The position numbers and the translations under genes were made by a program. DNA of 32,000 nucleotides. It comes from Thermococcus kodakarensis KOD1. GTDB taxonomy: Archaea; Methanobacteriota_B; Thermococci; Thermococcales; Thermococcaceae. The stretch is from assembly GCF_000009965.1 (NCBI RefSeq), contig NC_006624.1, positions 1,560,001 through 1,592,000 of the forward strand, written 5' to 3'. Within the stretch, counting starts at the first letter, position 1; each line of letters starts with the position of its first letter. Shown here one piece after another: positions 8,401 through 17,516 of this stretch. The notes below the pieces were generated by a model that was given only the letters and a program-made list of their open reading frames with translations, was not told the origin of the DNA and ran no database searches.

Positions 8401-9129
8401 CTCAGGGAAGCTGGGGGAGACGTTATTATAGCCTTCGGGGGCGCAGTTGGCCCCTACCTCTGCCAGCAGGCAAAAACTCCAGAACAGCTCGCCCAGTGGT
8501 ACATTCAGGTCATAGACACCTACAACGCCACATACCTCGATTTTGACATCGAATCTGGTGTAGACGCCGACAAACTTGCGGATGCTCTCCTGATCGTCCA
8601 GAGGGAGAGGCCGAACGTCAGGTTCAGCTTCACACTCCCGAGCGACCCGGGAATAGGTCTCGCGGGCGGATACGGAATAATAGAGACCATGGCAAAGAAG
8701 GGGGTCATTGTCGACAGGGTCAATCCGATGACGATGGACTACTACTGGACGCCAGCAAACGCCGACAACGCCATAAGCGTGGCCGAACACGTCTTTAACC
8801 AGCTCAAGCAGATCTATCCTGACAAGAGCGACGACGAAATATGGGGCATGATCGGCCTGACTCCGATGATAGGAACCAACGACGACAAGAGCGTCTTCTC
8901 GCTCCAGGATGCCGAAAAGCTCGTCGACTGGGCAATTCAGCACAAGATACGCTCCCTTGCCTTCTGGAGCGTTGACAGAGATCACCCAGGGCCGACAGGA
9001 GAGGTCTCACCAATCCACAGGGGAACCAGCGACCCCGATTGGGCCTTCAGCCACGCCTTCCTGAGGTTCATGAAGGCATTCCAGCCGGTTGCCAGCACGG
9101 CTCAGGTGGCAGTTGCAGTTCCAGTTTGA
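5482..9129 (+). CDS. chiA: Chitinase with two GH18 catalytic domains and three chitin-binding domains
   Basis: The GTG at 5482 (AGGGGTG upstream) gives MKKIWTSIVLTAVLLLSLVQVGTFPWASA as signal peptide and a 1215-aa protein. The first GH18 motif DGIDIDWEYP is at 6331-6360 and the second, YLDFDIES, at 8533-8556. A CBM5/12-like segment lies at 5731-5871. Two near-identical CBM2-like modules lie at 7342-7644 and 7771-8073. Pro/Thr/Asn linkers join the domains. Confidence 0.95.
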   Translation: MKKIWTSIVLTAVLLLSLVQVGTFPWASAAESVSLSGSAIAWDVVNLTWSPYSSAKAYEVYRSTDPSNLFSPNNLLVVVNWSSYPKYEPGKTYNQGDVVEYNGKIWRVKYWTQSVPGSDDSWELVGDVVPTTSYLDQYHLKANTTYYYGVVPVLADGSRGSPSNVLAITTPLEPYRVIVYYISWGRYARKFYVSDIPWEKVTHVNYAFLDLKEDGTVAFYDTYADPLNLEAMKEYKRKYPAVKVLISVGGWTLSKYFSVVAADPAKRQRFAETAIEILRKYNLDGIDIDWEYPGGGGMAGNYESPDDGKNFVLLLKDLREALDKAAKEDHKDYLLTAATPADPVKAGRIDWVEASKYLDSINIMTYDYHGAWETITGHLAPLYCDPNAPYTDENVKYHFCVNYTVQWYIQHVPDKTKITVGLPFYSRSFANVPPENNGLYQPFSGTPAGTWGPAYETYGVMDYWDVAEKNQSSEYEYHWDPIAQVAWLYSPSKRIFITFDDPRAIGIKVDYMLKNGLGGVMIWEITADRKPGTNDHPLLDTVLQHLGEKPPAWIPDTYYIGSNIPSNITVPEPTPLPPSNETTPEDNQTNPNPSQGNETNPNPSPGNETTPSDNQTTPSTGDFVKPGSLSVKVTDWGNTEYDVTLNLGGTYDWVVKVKLKDGSSVSSFWSANKAEEGGYVVFTPVSWNRGPTATFGFIATGSESVEAIYLYVDGQLWDAWPSNTQQPEENQTVPSPSPGNETTPTPSPGNETAPSENQTTPSTGDLVKPDAFSVKIQDWGSTEYDVTLNLGGTYDWVVKVKLKDGSAVSSVWSANKAEEGGYVVFTPVSWNKGPTATFGFIATGSEPVEAMYLYVNDQLWDVWPETASAPGNESTPSDNQTNPNPSPGNETNPNPSPGNETGPYVPAGPGLPEHFFAPYIDMSLGIHKPLVEYYNLTGTPYFTLAFVLYSSVYNGPAWAGSIPLDAFVDEVKGLREAGGDVIIAFGGAVGPYLCQQAKTPEQLAQWYIQVIDTYNATYLDFDIESGVDADKLADALLIVQRERPNVRFSFTLPSDPGIGLAGGYGIIETMAKKGVIVDRVNPMTMDYYWTPANADNAISVAEHVFNQLKQIYPDKSDDEIWGMIGLTPMIGTNDDKSVFSLQDAEKLVDWAIQHKIRSLAFWSVDRDHPGPTGEVSPIHRGTSDPDWAFSHAFLRFMKAFQPVASTAQVAVAVPV
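7342..8073 (+). repeat. Intragenic tandem duplication (period 429 nt) encoding two chitin-binding modules plus linker
   Basis: GDFVKPGSLSVKVTDWGNTEYDVTLNLGGTYDWVVKVKLKDGSSVSSFWSANKAEEGGYVVFTPVSWNRGPTATFGFIATGSESVEAIYLYVDGQLWDAWP aligns with GDLVKPDAFSVKIQDWGSTEYDVTLNLGGTYDWVVKVKLKDGSAVSSVWSANKAEEGGYVVFTPVSWNKGPTATFGFIATGSEPVEAMYLYVNDQLWDVWP. The two copies are flanked by three related NQT/NET-rich linkers (7192-7341, 7645-7770, 8074-8190). Confidence 0.9.
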
Positions 9130-9174
9130 CCCCTCTCTTCTCCTCTTTTGTCCATAATGAAATTGGAGAAACAG

Positions 9175-10269
9175 CTAAGGAAGCGGAATCCTTTCCACCT
9201 CAAGTCTGTCCCACGTCGGGTATTCTTCCACGATGAAGAACTTCACATCGCCTTCTACCGCATCGGCAAGCTCAACGGCGACCTCTTCAGGCATCTCTAT
9301 CCTGCCCTTCTCGCGGTTGATGTGGAGCCACTCACTTGGAACCTCCGCTTCCTCAACGAGGAACTCGTAGAGCTCGTCAAGGTCGTCGTATTCCGCTATG
9401 CCGAAGCGGAGCGTTCCCTCTTCCGTTACCTCCATGTAGGGCCTTGCCACGTTCCTCGCCATCCTCCTCAGCCTGTTCTTCAGCTGGACTGCATCCTTCA
9501 GCTTCGCCGTGCAGAGGTGGTAGCTCAGGGAGGTGTTCTCCTCACCCCACTCCAGGAATTCAAGGCCAAGCTCGAGCGAGCCCTTTATGGCGGAGCTCTC
9601 GTCGCTGACTGGCTGGAAGCCCATGTCAAGGAGCGTTTTAAGCGTCATCTCGCTGAACTCGAGCTCGTTCACGTTCAGGAACTTAGCGCCGTGCTTGTCT
9701 AAAAACTCCGCGTACCACTTCATTCTGTCAAGCTGTCCTGGAATCGAGGGAATCTCCCCTCCAACGTCCCAGTCAAAGTCGAAGGCCTTCCGTATGTTCT
9801 CTATCTCGACCTTGAAGAGCTTTGAGTTTGGGTTGAATAAATCTGGGTGGAACCTTATTTCGTCCAGTCCGGCATCGTAGAGCTTCGAGAGGGCCTTTTC
9901 GGTTGCGAGCGCTCCAGTGGTGTAGAGGTGGATGTGGAAGTCCTTCCCAAAGTTCTCCTTCAGCGTTCTTATGTACTCGACCGTCCTCTCAAGCCTCGCC
10001 AGAGGGTCTCCTCCCGTAATTCCAGCACCTTTGGCTTCCTGAATTCTCGCTTCCTCAATGACGTCATCAACATTCTTAACAGGTCTCTCGTTGGCGTAGA
10101 CAACGTCCCCCCTTCTCCAGGGGCTCAGAGGGCAGTAGAAGCAGTCCCTCGGACAGACACCTGTGGTGAAGAGGACGAGCTTCTCACCCCTAACGCAGAG
10201 CTGACAGCCCTTGGGGAGCTCTCTCACAGCGTATGAAAAGTAAGGCGTCTCCCAGACCAACCATCTCAC
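9175..10269 (-). CDS. Radical SAM protein of unknown function (pyruvate formate-lyase-activase-related archaeal family)
   Basis: CxxxCxxC cluster motif [13 protein letters not shown], preceded by KGCQLC. The 481-aa ORF is trimmed to the in-frame GTG at 10269 ([11 protein letters not shown]), because the upstream extension would run through the Pop5 gene and promoter. This gives about 364 aa. Confidence 0.7.
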   Translation of the reverse strand: MRWLVWETPYFSYAVRELPKGCQLCVRGEKLVLFTTGVCPRDCFYCPLSPWRRGDVVYANERPVKNVDDVIEEARIQEAKGAGITGGDPLARLERTVEYIRTLKENFGKDFHIHLYTTGALATEKALSKLYDAGLDEIRFHPDLFNPNSKLFKVEIENIRKAFDFDWDVGGEIPSIPGQLDRMKWYAEFLDKHGAKFLNVNELEFSEMTLKTLLDMGFQPVSDESSAIKGSLELGLEFLEWGEENTSLSYHLCTAKLKDAVQLKNRLRRMARNVARPYMEVTEEGTLRFGIAEYDDLDELYEFLVEEAEVPSEWLHINREKGRIEMPEEVAVELADAVEGDVKFFIVEEYPTWDRLEVERIPLP

Positions 10270-10295
10270 CTCGCAAGCCCAGGTAGGAGGAGGGC

Positions 10296-10302
10296 TTAAA
10301 AA
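10296..10302. promoter_or_regulatory. Single A/T-rich TATA-like element (TTAAAAA) in the 64-bp divergent spacer between the radical SAM gene and pop5
   Basis: It is the only A/T-rich block between 10270 and 10333. It lies about 27-33 nt from the GTG at 10269 and about 32-38 nt from the ATG at 10334. Confidence 0.35.
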
Positions 10303-10333
10303 GGTTGGTGGACAAATCCGTGAAGGTGTTGGG

Positions 10334-10696
10334 ATGAGGGAGAAGCCGAAGTACCTGCCGCCGACGCTCAGGGACAAGAACAGATACATAGCGTTCCAGG
10401 TTATTGGGGAGAGGCCCTTCAAGAAGGACGAAATAAAGAAAGCGGTCTGGGAGGCCAGCCTCTCCGCCCTGGGGTACCTCGGCTCGGCGAGGGCAAAGCC
10501 ATGGTTCATCAAGTTCGACGAGAAAAGCCAGACTGGAATAGTTAGGGTTGACAGGAAGCACGTTGAAGAGCTCCGCTTTGCACTGACCATGCTCACAGAG
10601 ATAAACGGCTCAAAGGTCATCTTCAGAACTTTAGGCGTTTCGGGGACGATAAAAAGATTAAAGAGGAAGTTCTTAGCCGAGTACGGGTGGCGCTAG
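10334..10696 (+). CDS. rnp2: RNase P protein component 2 (Pop5 homologue)
   Basis: 120 aa, [26 protein letters not shown]...[20 protein letters not shown]...[15 protein letters not shown], which fits archaeal Pop5/Rnp2 in size and pattern. Confidence 0.85.
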   Translation: MREKPKYLPPTLRDKNRYIAFQVIGERPFKKDEIKKAVWEASLSALGYLGSARAKPWFIKFDEKSQTGIVRVDRKHVEELRFALTMLTEINGSKVIFRTLGVSGTIKRLKRKFLAEYGWR

Positions 10697-12039
10697 CGGA
10701 GGAAGGGAATAGCCTTGTCCACAGCGTTCTGATATACCCTCAAGTACCTCCTGCAGGCCTTCTCCCACGTGAAGTCCTCTCTTGCCCTCCTCTTCCCGTT
10801 CTCCCTGAGCCTCTTCAGGGTTTCCTCATCGAGTTCAGATGCACGGATTATCGTCCTCGCGAGGGCAAATGCATCCCTCGGCGGAACGAGAAGCCCCGTC
10901 GCCCTCTCTGGGTCGGCGTCGAGGTCAATGACTGTGTCTTTGATGCCCCCCACTGCACTGCCTATCGGAATTGCACCCAGGCACATCGCCTCGAGCTGGA
11001 CGAGACCAAAGGGCTCAAAGTAGGACGGGATTACCACGAAGTCAACCGAACCGTAGAGCTCCCTAACAGTCTCCCTCGACAGGAGCTCGGTTATCACTTT
11101 CACGTTCTCCGGGAAGCGCCGCTCGGTTTCTCTGGCCCAGCTTTCAAGCCCTGGATCGCCTTTGCCCACTATCAAGAAGCGAAGGCTTTTAAATGCTGGG
11201 TCGGTTGATAGAAGCTCGATTGCCCGAAGGAGAGTGTCAACTCCCTTCTGGGCCCTGTCGAAGCGCCCTATGAACATGAACGCCTTTCCATCAGAGAGTC
11301 CGAAGCGCTGGAGGATTCTCTTCCTTCTCTCCTCCCTCGGCAAATCCTTGCCCTCAAGGAACTCCTCGTTCCAGTAGGAGCAGTCAATACCGTTGAAGAC
11401 GTGGGTTACCTTGCCGTCGAAGTTTTTAAAAAAGCTCCACTCCTCCCACAGGTAGCTCCTGCTGACGGTAGTTACCGCATCCGCTATGTAGCCAGCTGTG
11501 TGTTCGGGGTCGAGGTCGGGGAACGGCGCCAGCTCGCCGAGGTTGGCCTCGTGGAAGTAGCTTGCGGGGACTTTTGCCCTGTTGAGCCTGTGGACTGTGA
11601 AAACCGCCCTAACCCCGAAGTACTTCTTCAGAAGGCCCAGGGCAAAGACGGTGTGCCAGTCGTGGGCATGGACTACATCGGGCTTGAACTCGCCGATGAG
11701 GATGTTCATGAGCCCTGCGCTGGCCTTCCCGAAGAGGACGGCCTTCTTGAGCAAATCTTCCCAGCCCGGATAAACATCCAAATCCAGGTAACTCCCACCG
11801 AGGGAATAAACGATTACGCCGTTCTGTTCCCGCTTTCTGACTTTCACTTCAACTTCCCTACCCTCAAGGAGAACCCTGAAAGAAGCAAGCTCTTCGCCGA
11901 GCTTCCTTCCGTGGTCTGGCGTGAAGACCACGACCTCGTTTCCAAGCCCAGCGAGGCCCTCCCCAATGCTCGTTAGGGCCTCAGCGAGACCACCGACCTT
12001 TACTGGAAGATACTCGAAACCGAGCATTAGAATTCTCAT
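10693..12039 (-). CDS. glgA: Glycogen synthase (GT5)
   Basis: 448 aa. The N-terminal [21 protein letters not shown] carries the K-x-GGL motif. The rest is a GT-B fold-type sequence with a C-terminal nucleotide-sugar-binding region ([11 protein letters not shown]). Confidence 0.9.
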   Translation of the reverse strand: MRILMLGFEYLPVKVGGLAEALTSIGEGLAGLGNEVVVFTPDHGRKLGEELASFRVLLEGREVEVKVRKREQNGVIVYSLGGSYLDLDVYPGWEDLLKKAVLFGKASAGLMNILIGEFKPDVVHAHDWHTVFALGLLKKYFGVRAVFTVHRLNRAKVPASYFHEANLGELAPFPDLDPEHTAGYIADAVTTVSRSYLWEEWSFFKNFDGKVTHVFNGIDCSYWNEEFLEGKDLPREERRKRILQRFGLSDGKAFMFIGRFDRAQKGVDTLLRAIELLSTDPAFKSLRFLIVGKGDPGLESWARETERRFPENVKVITELLSRETVRELYGSVDFVVIPSYFEPFGLVQLEAMCLGAIPIGSAVGGIKDTVIDLDADPERATGLLVPPRDAFALARTIIRASELDEETLKRLRENGKRRAREDFTWEKACRRYLRVYQNAVDKAIPFLR

Positions 12040-12087
12040 TTTTCTTCACCAGCCATAGGTTGAAGTTTAGAAATTAAAAATGATGGG

Positions 12088-13113
12088 TCACTCAAGGAGG
12101 ATGAACTTCTCCCCCTCGACGTCCTCAAAGTAGCTGCCTATGCCGCCGACCTTCAGCTGCTTGCCGTTGTACTTGAAGGTAACGTTTGCCGTAAGGGGCG
12201 TGTACTCGTAGTCAACGATTTCCCCATCCAGGGTCACGGGCTCCTTGGTGTCTATGAGCTTCCCGACTATCTCGGCTTTTCTCGGGAGGCCTGCAAACTT
12301 GAGAACGGTTATCAGGGTTCTGATGTTTACCAGCGAGACCGGCTTCTGGAGCCTCTCGTAGGCGAGGGGCTTTATTACCTCGCTGTTGTCGAAGTATATC
12401 GTGTAGAACCAGTGCATATAGTTCTGGATTATCCTCGGGCTTTTTGCCCAGAAGGAGTAGAACTTCTCCCTCCTCCTGTCCTTGGGCAGGGCACCGAAGA
12501 AGAGGGCGTAGTCGATGTCGCCGATTATCCAGCTCGCCATGAGCCAGGGTGCTCCGCCGCTTCTGGCGAGGATTATGTTGTCGCCCTTGAGCCAGTTCGG
12601 TATCTCGTCTCCGAAGTTGCTTATGATTACGAAGATTACGTCCTTGCGGTTCTTTATCTCGCCCTGGAGGAGCTTCAGAAACTCGAAGGGCGTGTTTATC
12701 AGAACCTCGTGCTTTGCAGTCCTTATGACGTGCTCGGCCCTCTCAAGCGTGTTGTCAAAGCCCTGTATCGTCCAAATCTCCGGGAGTTCCTCACCGTGAG
12801 CCTCACGGTAGAGGTCGAGGAAAGCCTTTTTGAGGGCCTCAATGTCCTCGATGAGTTCCTCCTTAATCCTTTCAAGCACGACTTCAGGGTTCACTGGCTT
12901 ATAGAGCCTCGGAGTGCCCTGCATGACATCAACGAAGCCCTTCCTGTGGAGGGAGCTTAGAACGTCATAAACTCTCGTGTGCGGAATCCCGCTCTCCTTC
13001 GTTATGTCGGTTGCCTTGCTTGGCCCGAGCTTGAGGAGAGTTATGTAGGCAAGGCTCTCGTACTTGGTGAGGCCGAGCCTCTGGAGCTTTTCAATTATCT
13101 CGTCTTCCCTCAT
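12088..13113 (-). CDS. tgr: TrmB-family sugar-responsive transcription regulator (Tgr/TrmBL1 type)
   Basis: 341 aa. The N-terminal winged-helix segment is LGLTKYESLAYITLLKLGPSKATDITKESGIPHTRVYDVLSSLHRKGFV, followed by a TrmB-type C-terminal sensing domain. The gene is adjacent to the maltodextrin cluster, and TGM-like operators are present in the window. Confidence 0.85.
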   Translation of the reverse strand: MREDEIIEKLQRLGLTKYESLAYITLLKLGPSKATDITKESGIPHTRVYDVLSSLHRKGFVDVMQGTPRLYKPVNPEVVLERIKEELIEDIEALKKAFLDLYREAHGEELPEIWTIQGFDNTLERAEHVIRTAKHEVLINTPFEFLKLLQGEIKNRKDVIFVIISNFGDEIPNWLKGDNIILARSGGAPWLMASWIIGDIDYALFFGALPKDRRREKFYSFWAKSPRIIQNYMHWFYTIYFDNSEVIKPLAYERLQKPVSLVNIRTLITVLKFAGLPRKAEIVGKLIDTKEPVTLDGEIVDYEYTPLTANVTFKYNGKQLKVGGIGSYFEDVEGEKFILLE

Positions 13114-13155
13114 GGCTTAACCCCCAAAGACATTTAAGTTCACTGGCATCAGTTT

Positions 13156-13172
13156 AATCATCACCAGTGATA
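13156..13172. promoter_or_regulatory. TGM-like operator (AATCAT-CACCA-GTGATA; TATCAC-TGGTG-ATGATT on the minus strand) in the tgr/GH13 divergent spacer
   Basis: It matches the Thermococcales glycolytic motif TATCAC-N5-GTGATA at 10 of 12 half-site positions. It lies about 20 nt downstream of the ATTTAAGT TATA-like element (13132-13139), across the expected start site of the GH13 transcript. Confidence 0.45.
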
Positions 13173-13185
13173 CAAGGTGGTATGA

Positions 13186-15156
13186 GTGTATAAGGTTTTC
13201 GGGTTTGAAGAAAACTTCATCCACGGCAGAGTGGCGAGGGTCGAGTTCTCCCTTCCAGACGCCGGAAGGTGGGACTACGCATACCTTCTGGGTAACTTTA
13301 ACGCCTTCAACGAGGGCTCCTTCAGGATGAAGCACGAGGATAAGAGGTGGATAATCGAAATCAAGCTCCCGGAGGGCCTCTGGAGGTACGCCTTCTCCGC
13401 TGGCGGGGAGTTCCTTCTTGACCCCGAGAATCCAGAGAAGGAGCTCTATCGGAGGCCTTCATACAAGTTCGAGAGGGAAGTGAGCTTGGCTAAAATAGCG
13501 GGCAATGATATGGTTTTTCACAGGCCCGCCCTTCTCTATCTCTATTCCTTTGGGGACAGGACTCACGTCCTCTTGAGGAGTAAAAAGGGCAAAGTGGATG
13601 CAGCTTATTTGGTGACAGACGATACGCACGTTAAAATGCGGAAGAAGGCAGATGGGGAAGTTTTTGAGTACTACGAGGCGGTTTTACAGGAAACCGAAAA
13701 ACTGAGATACTCCTTCGAGGTCTTCCTCAAAGAGGGAAAAAGCCTAACCCTCGGCCCATTTGAGGCGGCACCATTCAGGCTTGACGCTCCCTCGTGGATT
13801 CTCGATAGAGTCTTTTACCAGATAATGCCCGACAGGTTTGCCAAAGGCAGGGATCATGAACCCCCTTTTCTCAGCTGGGAATACTACGGTGGCGATCTCT
13901 GGGGCATCGTTGAAAAGATCGACCACCTTGAGGAACTCGGCGTCAACGCCCTCTATTTAACGCCAATCTTCGAATCCATGACGTACCACGGCTATGACAT
14001 AACCGACTACCTCAGAGTCGCGGAGAGGCTTGGTGGGGAAGAAGCGTTTCGGGAGCTCGTGAAGGCCCTTAAAAGCAGGGACATCAAGCTTGTACTCGAC
14101 GGCGTTTTCCACCACACCAGCTTTTTCCACCCCTTCTTCAGGGACGTTGTGGAGAGAGGAGAAGAAAGCGAATACGCCGACTTCTACCGCGTTAAGGGGT
14201 TCCCTGTCGTTTCAGAGGAGTTCATAAGAGTTCTCAAATCGGACCTTCCGCCGATGGAAAAGTATCAGACGCTCAAGAAGATGGGCTGGAACTACGAGTC
14301 CTTCTTTTCCGTCTGGGTAATGCCGAGGCTCAACCACGACAGCCCGAAAGTCAGGGAGTTCGTTGCAAGGGTTATGAACTACTGGCTTGAGAAGGGGGCG
14401 GACGGCTGGAGGCTCGACGTTGCCCACGGCGTTCCACCAGGGTTCTGGAGGGAAGTTCGAGAAGGGCTTCCGGACGATGCATACCTGTTCGGTGAAGTTA
14501 TGGACGACCCGAGGCTCTACCTCTTCGGTGTCTTCCACGGTGTCATGAACTATCCCCTATACGACCTCCTTCTAAGGTTCTTTGCCTTTGGAGAAATCGG
14601 CGCTACCGAGTTCATCAACGGGATTGAGCTACTGAGTGCGCACCTCGGCCCGGCGGAGTACTTCACCTACAACTTCCTCGACAACCACGACACGGAGAGG
14701 TTCATAGACCTGGCCGGCAAGGAGAGGTATCTCTGTGCCCTCACGTTTTTGATGACGTACAAGGGCATTCCGGCTATCTTTTACGGCGACGAAATCGGCC
14801 TAAGGGGTTCAGGCGAAGGTATGTCGGCAGGGAGGACACCGATGTCCTGGGATGAGGAAAAGTGGGATTTCCAGATACTCCGGCAGACCATGAAGCTGAT
14901 AGAACTGAGGCGCTCTCTGAAGTCGCTTCAGGTGGGGAGCTTCAGGGTCATCGGGGCTGGAGAGAAATGGTTCGTGTATGAAAGAAAAGCTGGATCTGAG
15001 CGGGTTTTGGTCGGAATAAACTGTTCCTGGAACGATGTAGAGACCCCAGTGCCTTCTAACGGGAGCAACGAACAGATAAAAATCCCCGCTTTCTCTTCAA
15101 TCATCAGAGTGAAAGACAGCATGAATGTACACATCGGTTCAGACCTGCAGGAATGA
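13186..15156 (+). CDS. Cytoplasmic GH13 alpha-glucan hydrolase (cyclomaltodextrinase/neopullulanase/maltogenic-amylase type)
   Basis: 656 aa with a GTG start and AAGGTGG 5 nt upstream. No signal peptide. GH13 regions I-IV are present: LDGVFHHTS, GWRLDVAHGV, FGEVMD, FLDNHDTERF. Confidence 0.85.
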   Translation: MYKVFGFEENFIHGRVARVEFSLPDAGRWDYAYLLGNFNAFNEGSFRMKHEDKRWIIEIKLPEGLWRYAFSAGGEFLLDPENPEKELYRRPSYKFEREVSLAKIAGNDMVFHRPALLYLYSFGDRTHVLLRSKKGKVDAAYLVTDDTHVKMRKKADGEVFEYYEAVLQETEKLRYSFEVFLKEGKSLTLGPFEAAPFRLDAPSWILDRVFYQIMPDRFAKGRDHEPPFLSWEYYGGDLWGIVEKIDHLEELGVNALYLTPIFESMTYHGYDITDYLRVAERLGGEEAFRELVKALKSRDIKLVLDGVFHHTSFFHPFFRDVVERGEESEYADFYRVKGFPVVSEEFIRVLKSDLPPMEKYQTLKKMGWNYESFFSVWVMPRLNHDSPKVREFVARVMNYWLEKGADGWRLDVAHGVPPGFWREVREGLPDDAYLFGEVMDDPRLYLFGVFHGVMNYPLYDLLLRFFAFGEIGATEFINGIELLSAHLGPAEYFTYNFLDNHDTERFIDLAGKERYLCALTFLMTYKGIPAIFYGDEIGLRGSGEGMSAGRTPMSWDEEKWDFQILRQTMKLIELRRSLKSLQVGSFRVIGAGEKWFVYERKAGSERVLVGINCSWNDVETPVPSNGSNEQIKIPAFSSIIRVKDSMNVHIGSDLQE

Positions 15157-15170
15157 GCCAGGAAGCGCAA

Positions 15171-15195
15171 GGTATATATATCACCCACGATGATA
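15171..15195 (+). promoter_or_regulatory. malE promoter: TATA (GGTATATATAT) overlapping a TGM operator TATCAC-CCACG-ATGATA (15179-15195)
   Basis: 11 of 12 half-site positions match TATCAC-N5-GTGATA. The motif sits between the TATA box and the expected transcription start near 15200. The AGGTGAT ribosome-binding site is at 15218-15224 and the ATG at 15229. Confidence 0.6.
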
Positions 15196-15225
15196 CTCAA
15201 ATGCAACGAGATAACTAGGTGATAA

Positions 15226-16575
<1,350 letters not shown>

Positions 16576-16580
16576 GCCGC

Positions 16581-16594
16581 TTTCTCTTTTTATT
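16581..16594 (+). terminator. Oligo-T tract (TTTCTCTTTTTATT) between malE and malF, possible intra-operon attenuator
   Basis: The T-rich run starts 6 nt after the malE stop. Archaeal RNA polymerase terminates at oligo-T. GGAGGTG for malF follows. Confidence 0.3.
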
Positions 16595-16613
16595 ACCTTA
16601 TGGAGGTGCTGAA

Positions 16614-17516
16614 ATGAAGAAGACGACCGCTGCTGCACTGATGCTCATACTGCCCGGAATGGCCGCGTTCCTGTTCTTCAATCTCTGGCCGATAGTCTAC
16701 TCGATTTATTTAGCGTTCACGAACGCCCAGCTTGGAAACTTCCCCATCTACAACCCCCAGAGCGCAGTTGAACCCATGCATTTCGTAGGCCTAGAAAACT
16801 TCAAGTGGGCACTCTCTGACGACAAGTTCATCAACGCCTTCAAGTGGACGTGGATATTCGTATTCACGAGCGTCACACTGAAGGCCCTCGCAGGCCTATT
16901 CCTCAGCCTGCTCTACAACAGCAAGTACGTCAAGGGCAAGGCCATCTACAGGTCGCTCCTCATAATCCCCTGGGCGCTGCCGCTCCTCTTCTCGGTAACC
17001 GTGTGGAAGTTCATGTTTGATCCCGTTTTTGGCCCGATTAACCTTGTGCTCAAATCAATCGGCATTACCGGGCCCGACTGGGTGAACAACCCAACCTGGG
17101 GCTTCGTGGCCCTCAACATAATCGAGGTCTGGCTGGCCTATCCGTTTATGATGACCGTAATAACCGCCGCACTCCAGTCAGTTCCGGACACGTTAATCGA
17201 GGCGGCCATCATAGACGGAGCAAACTACTGGCAGAGAATTTGGAACGTCGTCGTCCCAATAGTTGGAAAGCCGATAGCCTTCGCGACCATACTCACGAGC
17301 GCCGCGAGCTTCCAGTACTTCATGGTGCCGTACATCTACAACGCGGGCCTCTTCGAGGACAGGTTCCTTCTGCTCTACGGCTTCAGGAAGGCATTCGGCG
17401 CCAGTCCGCACTACGGCAGGGCCGCGGCGATAATGGTGATAGCCACGCTCATCCTGGCGGTCTACATGTACGTGAACGTTAGGATAACCAGACTCCAGGA
17501 GGGTGCCAGGGGATGA
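16614..17516 (+). CDS. malF: Maltodextrin ABC transporter permease
   Basis: 300 aa, multi-TM, with the EAA loop LIEAAIIDGANYWQRIWNVVVPIVGKP. Confidence 0.85.
   Translation: MKKTTAAALMLILPGMAAFLFFNLWPIVYSIYLAFTNAQLGNFPIYNPQSAVEPMHFVGLENFKWALSDDKFINAFKWTWIFVFTSVTLKALAGLFLSLLYNSKYVKGKAIYRSLLIIPWALPLLFSVTVWKFMFDPVFGPINLVLKSIGITGPDWVNNPTWGFVALNIIEVWLAYPFMMTVITAALQSVPDTLIEAAIIDGANYWQRIWNVVVPIVGKPIAFATILTSAASFQYFMVPYIYNAGLFEDRFLLLYGFRKAFGASPHYGRAAAIMVIATLILAVYMYVNVRITRLQEGARG

Noticed and set aside
10270-10620. 117-codon N-terminal extension of the radical SAM ORF.
   Set aside because: It would run antisense through the pop5 start and promoter. Its translation is low-complexity and hydrophobic. 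An in-frame GTG at 10269 directly precedes the conserved part.
12040-12087. TGM operator upstream of glycogen synthase.
   Set aside because: The spacer has a TATA-like TTTTTAATTTC on the minus strand but nothing resembling TATCAC-N5-GTGATA.
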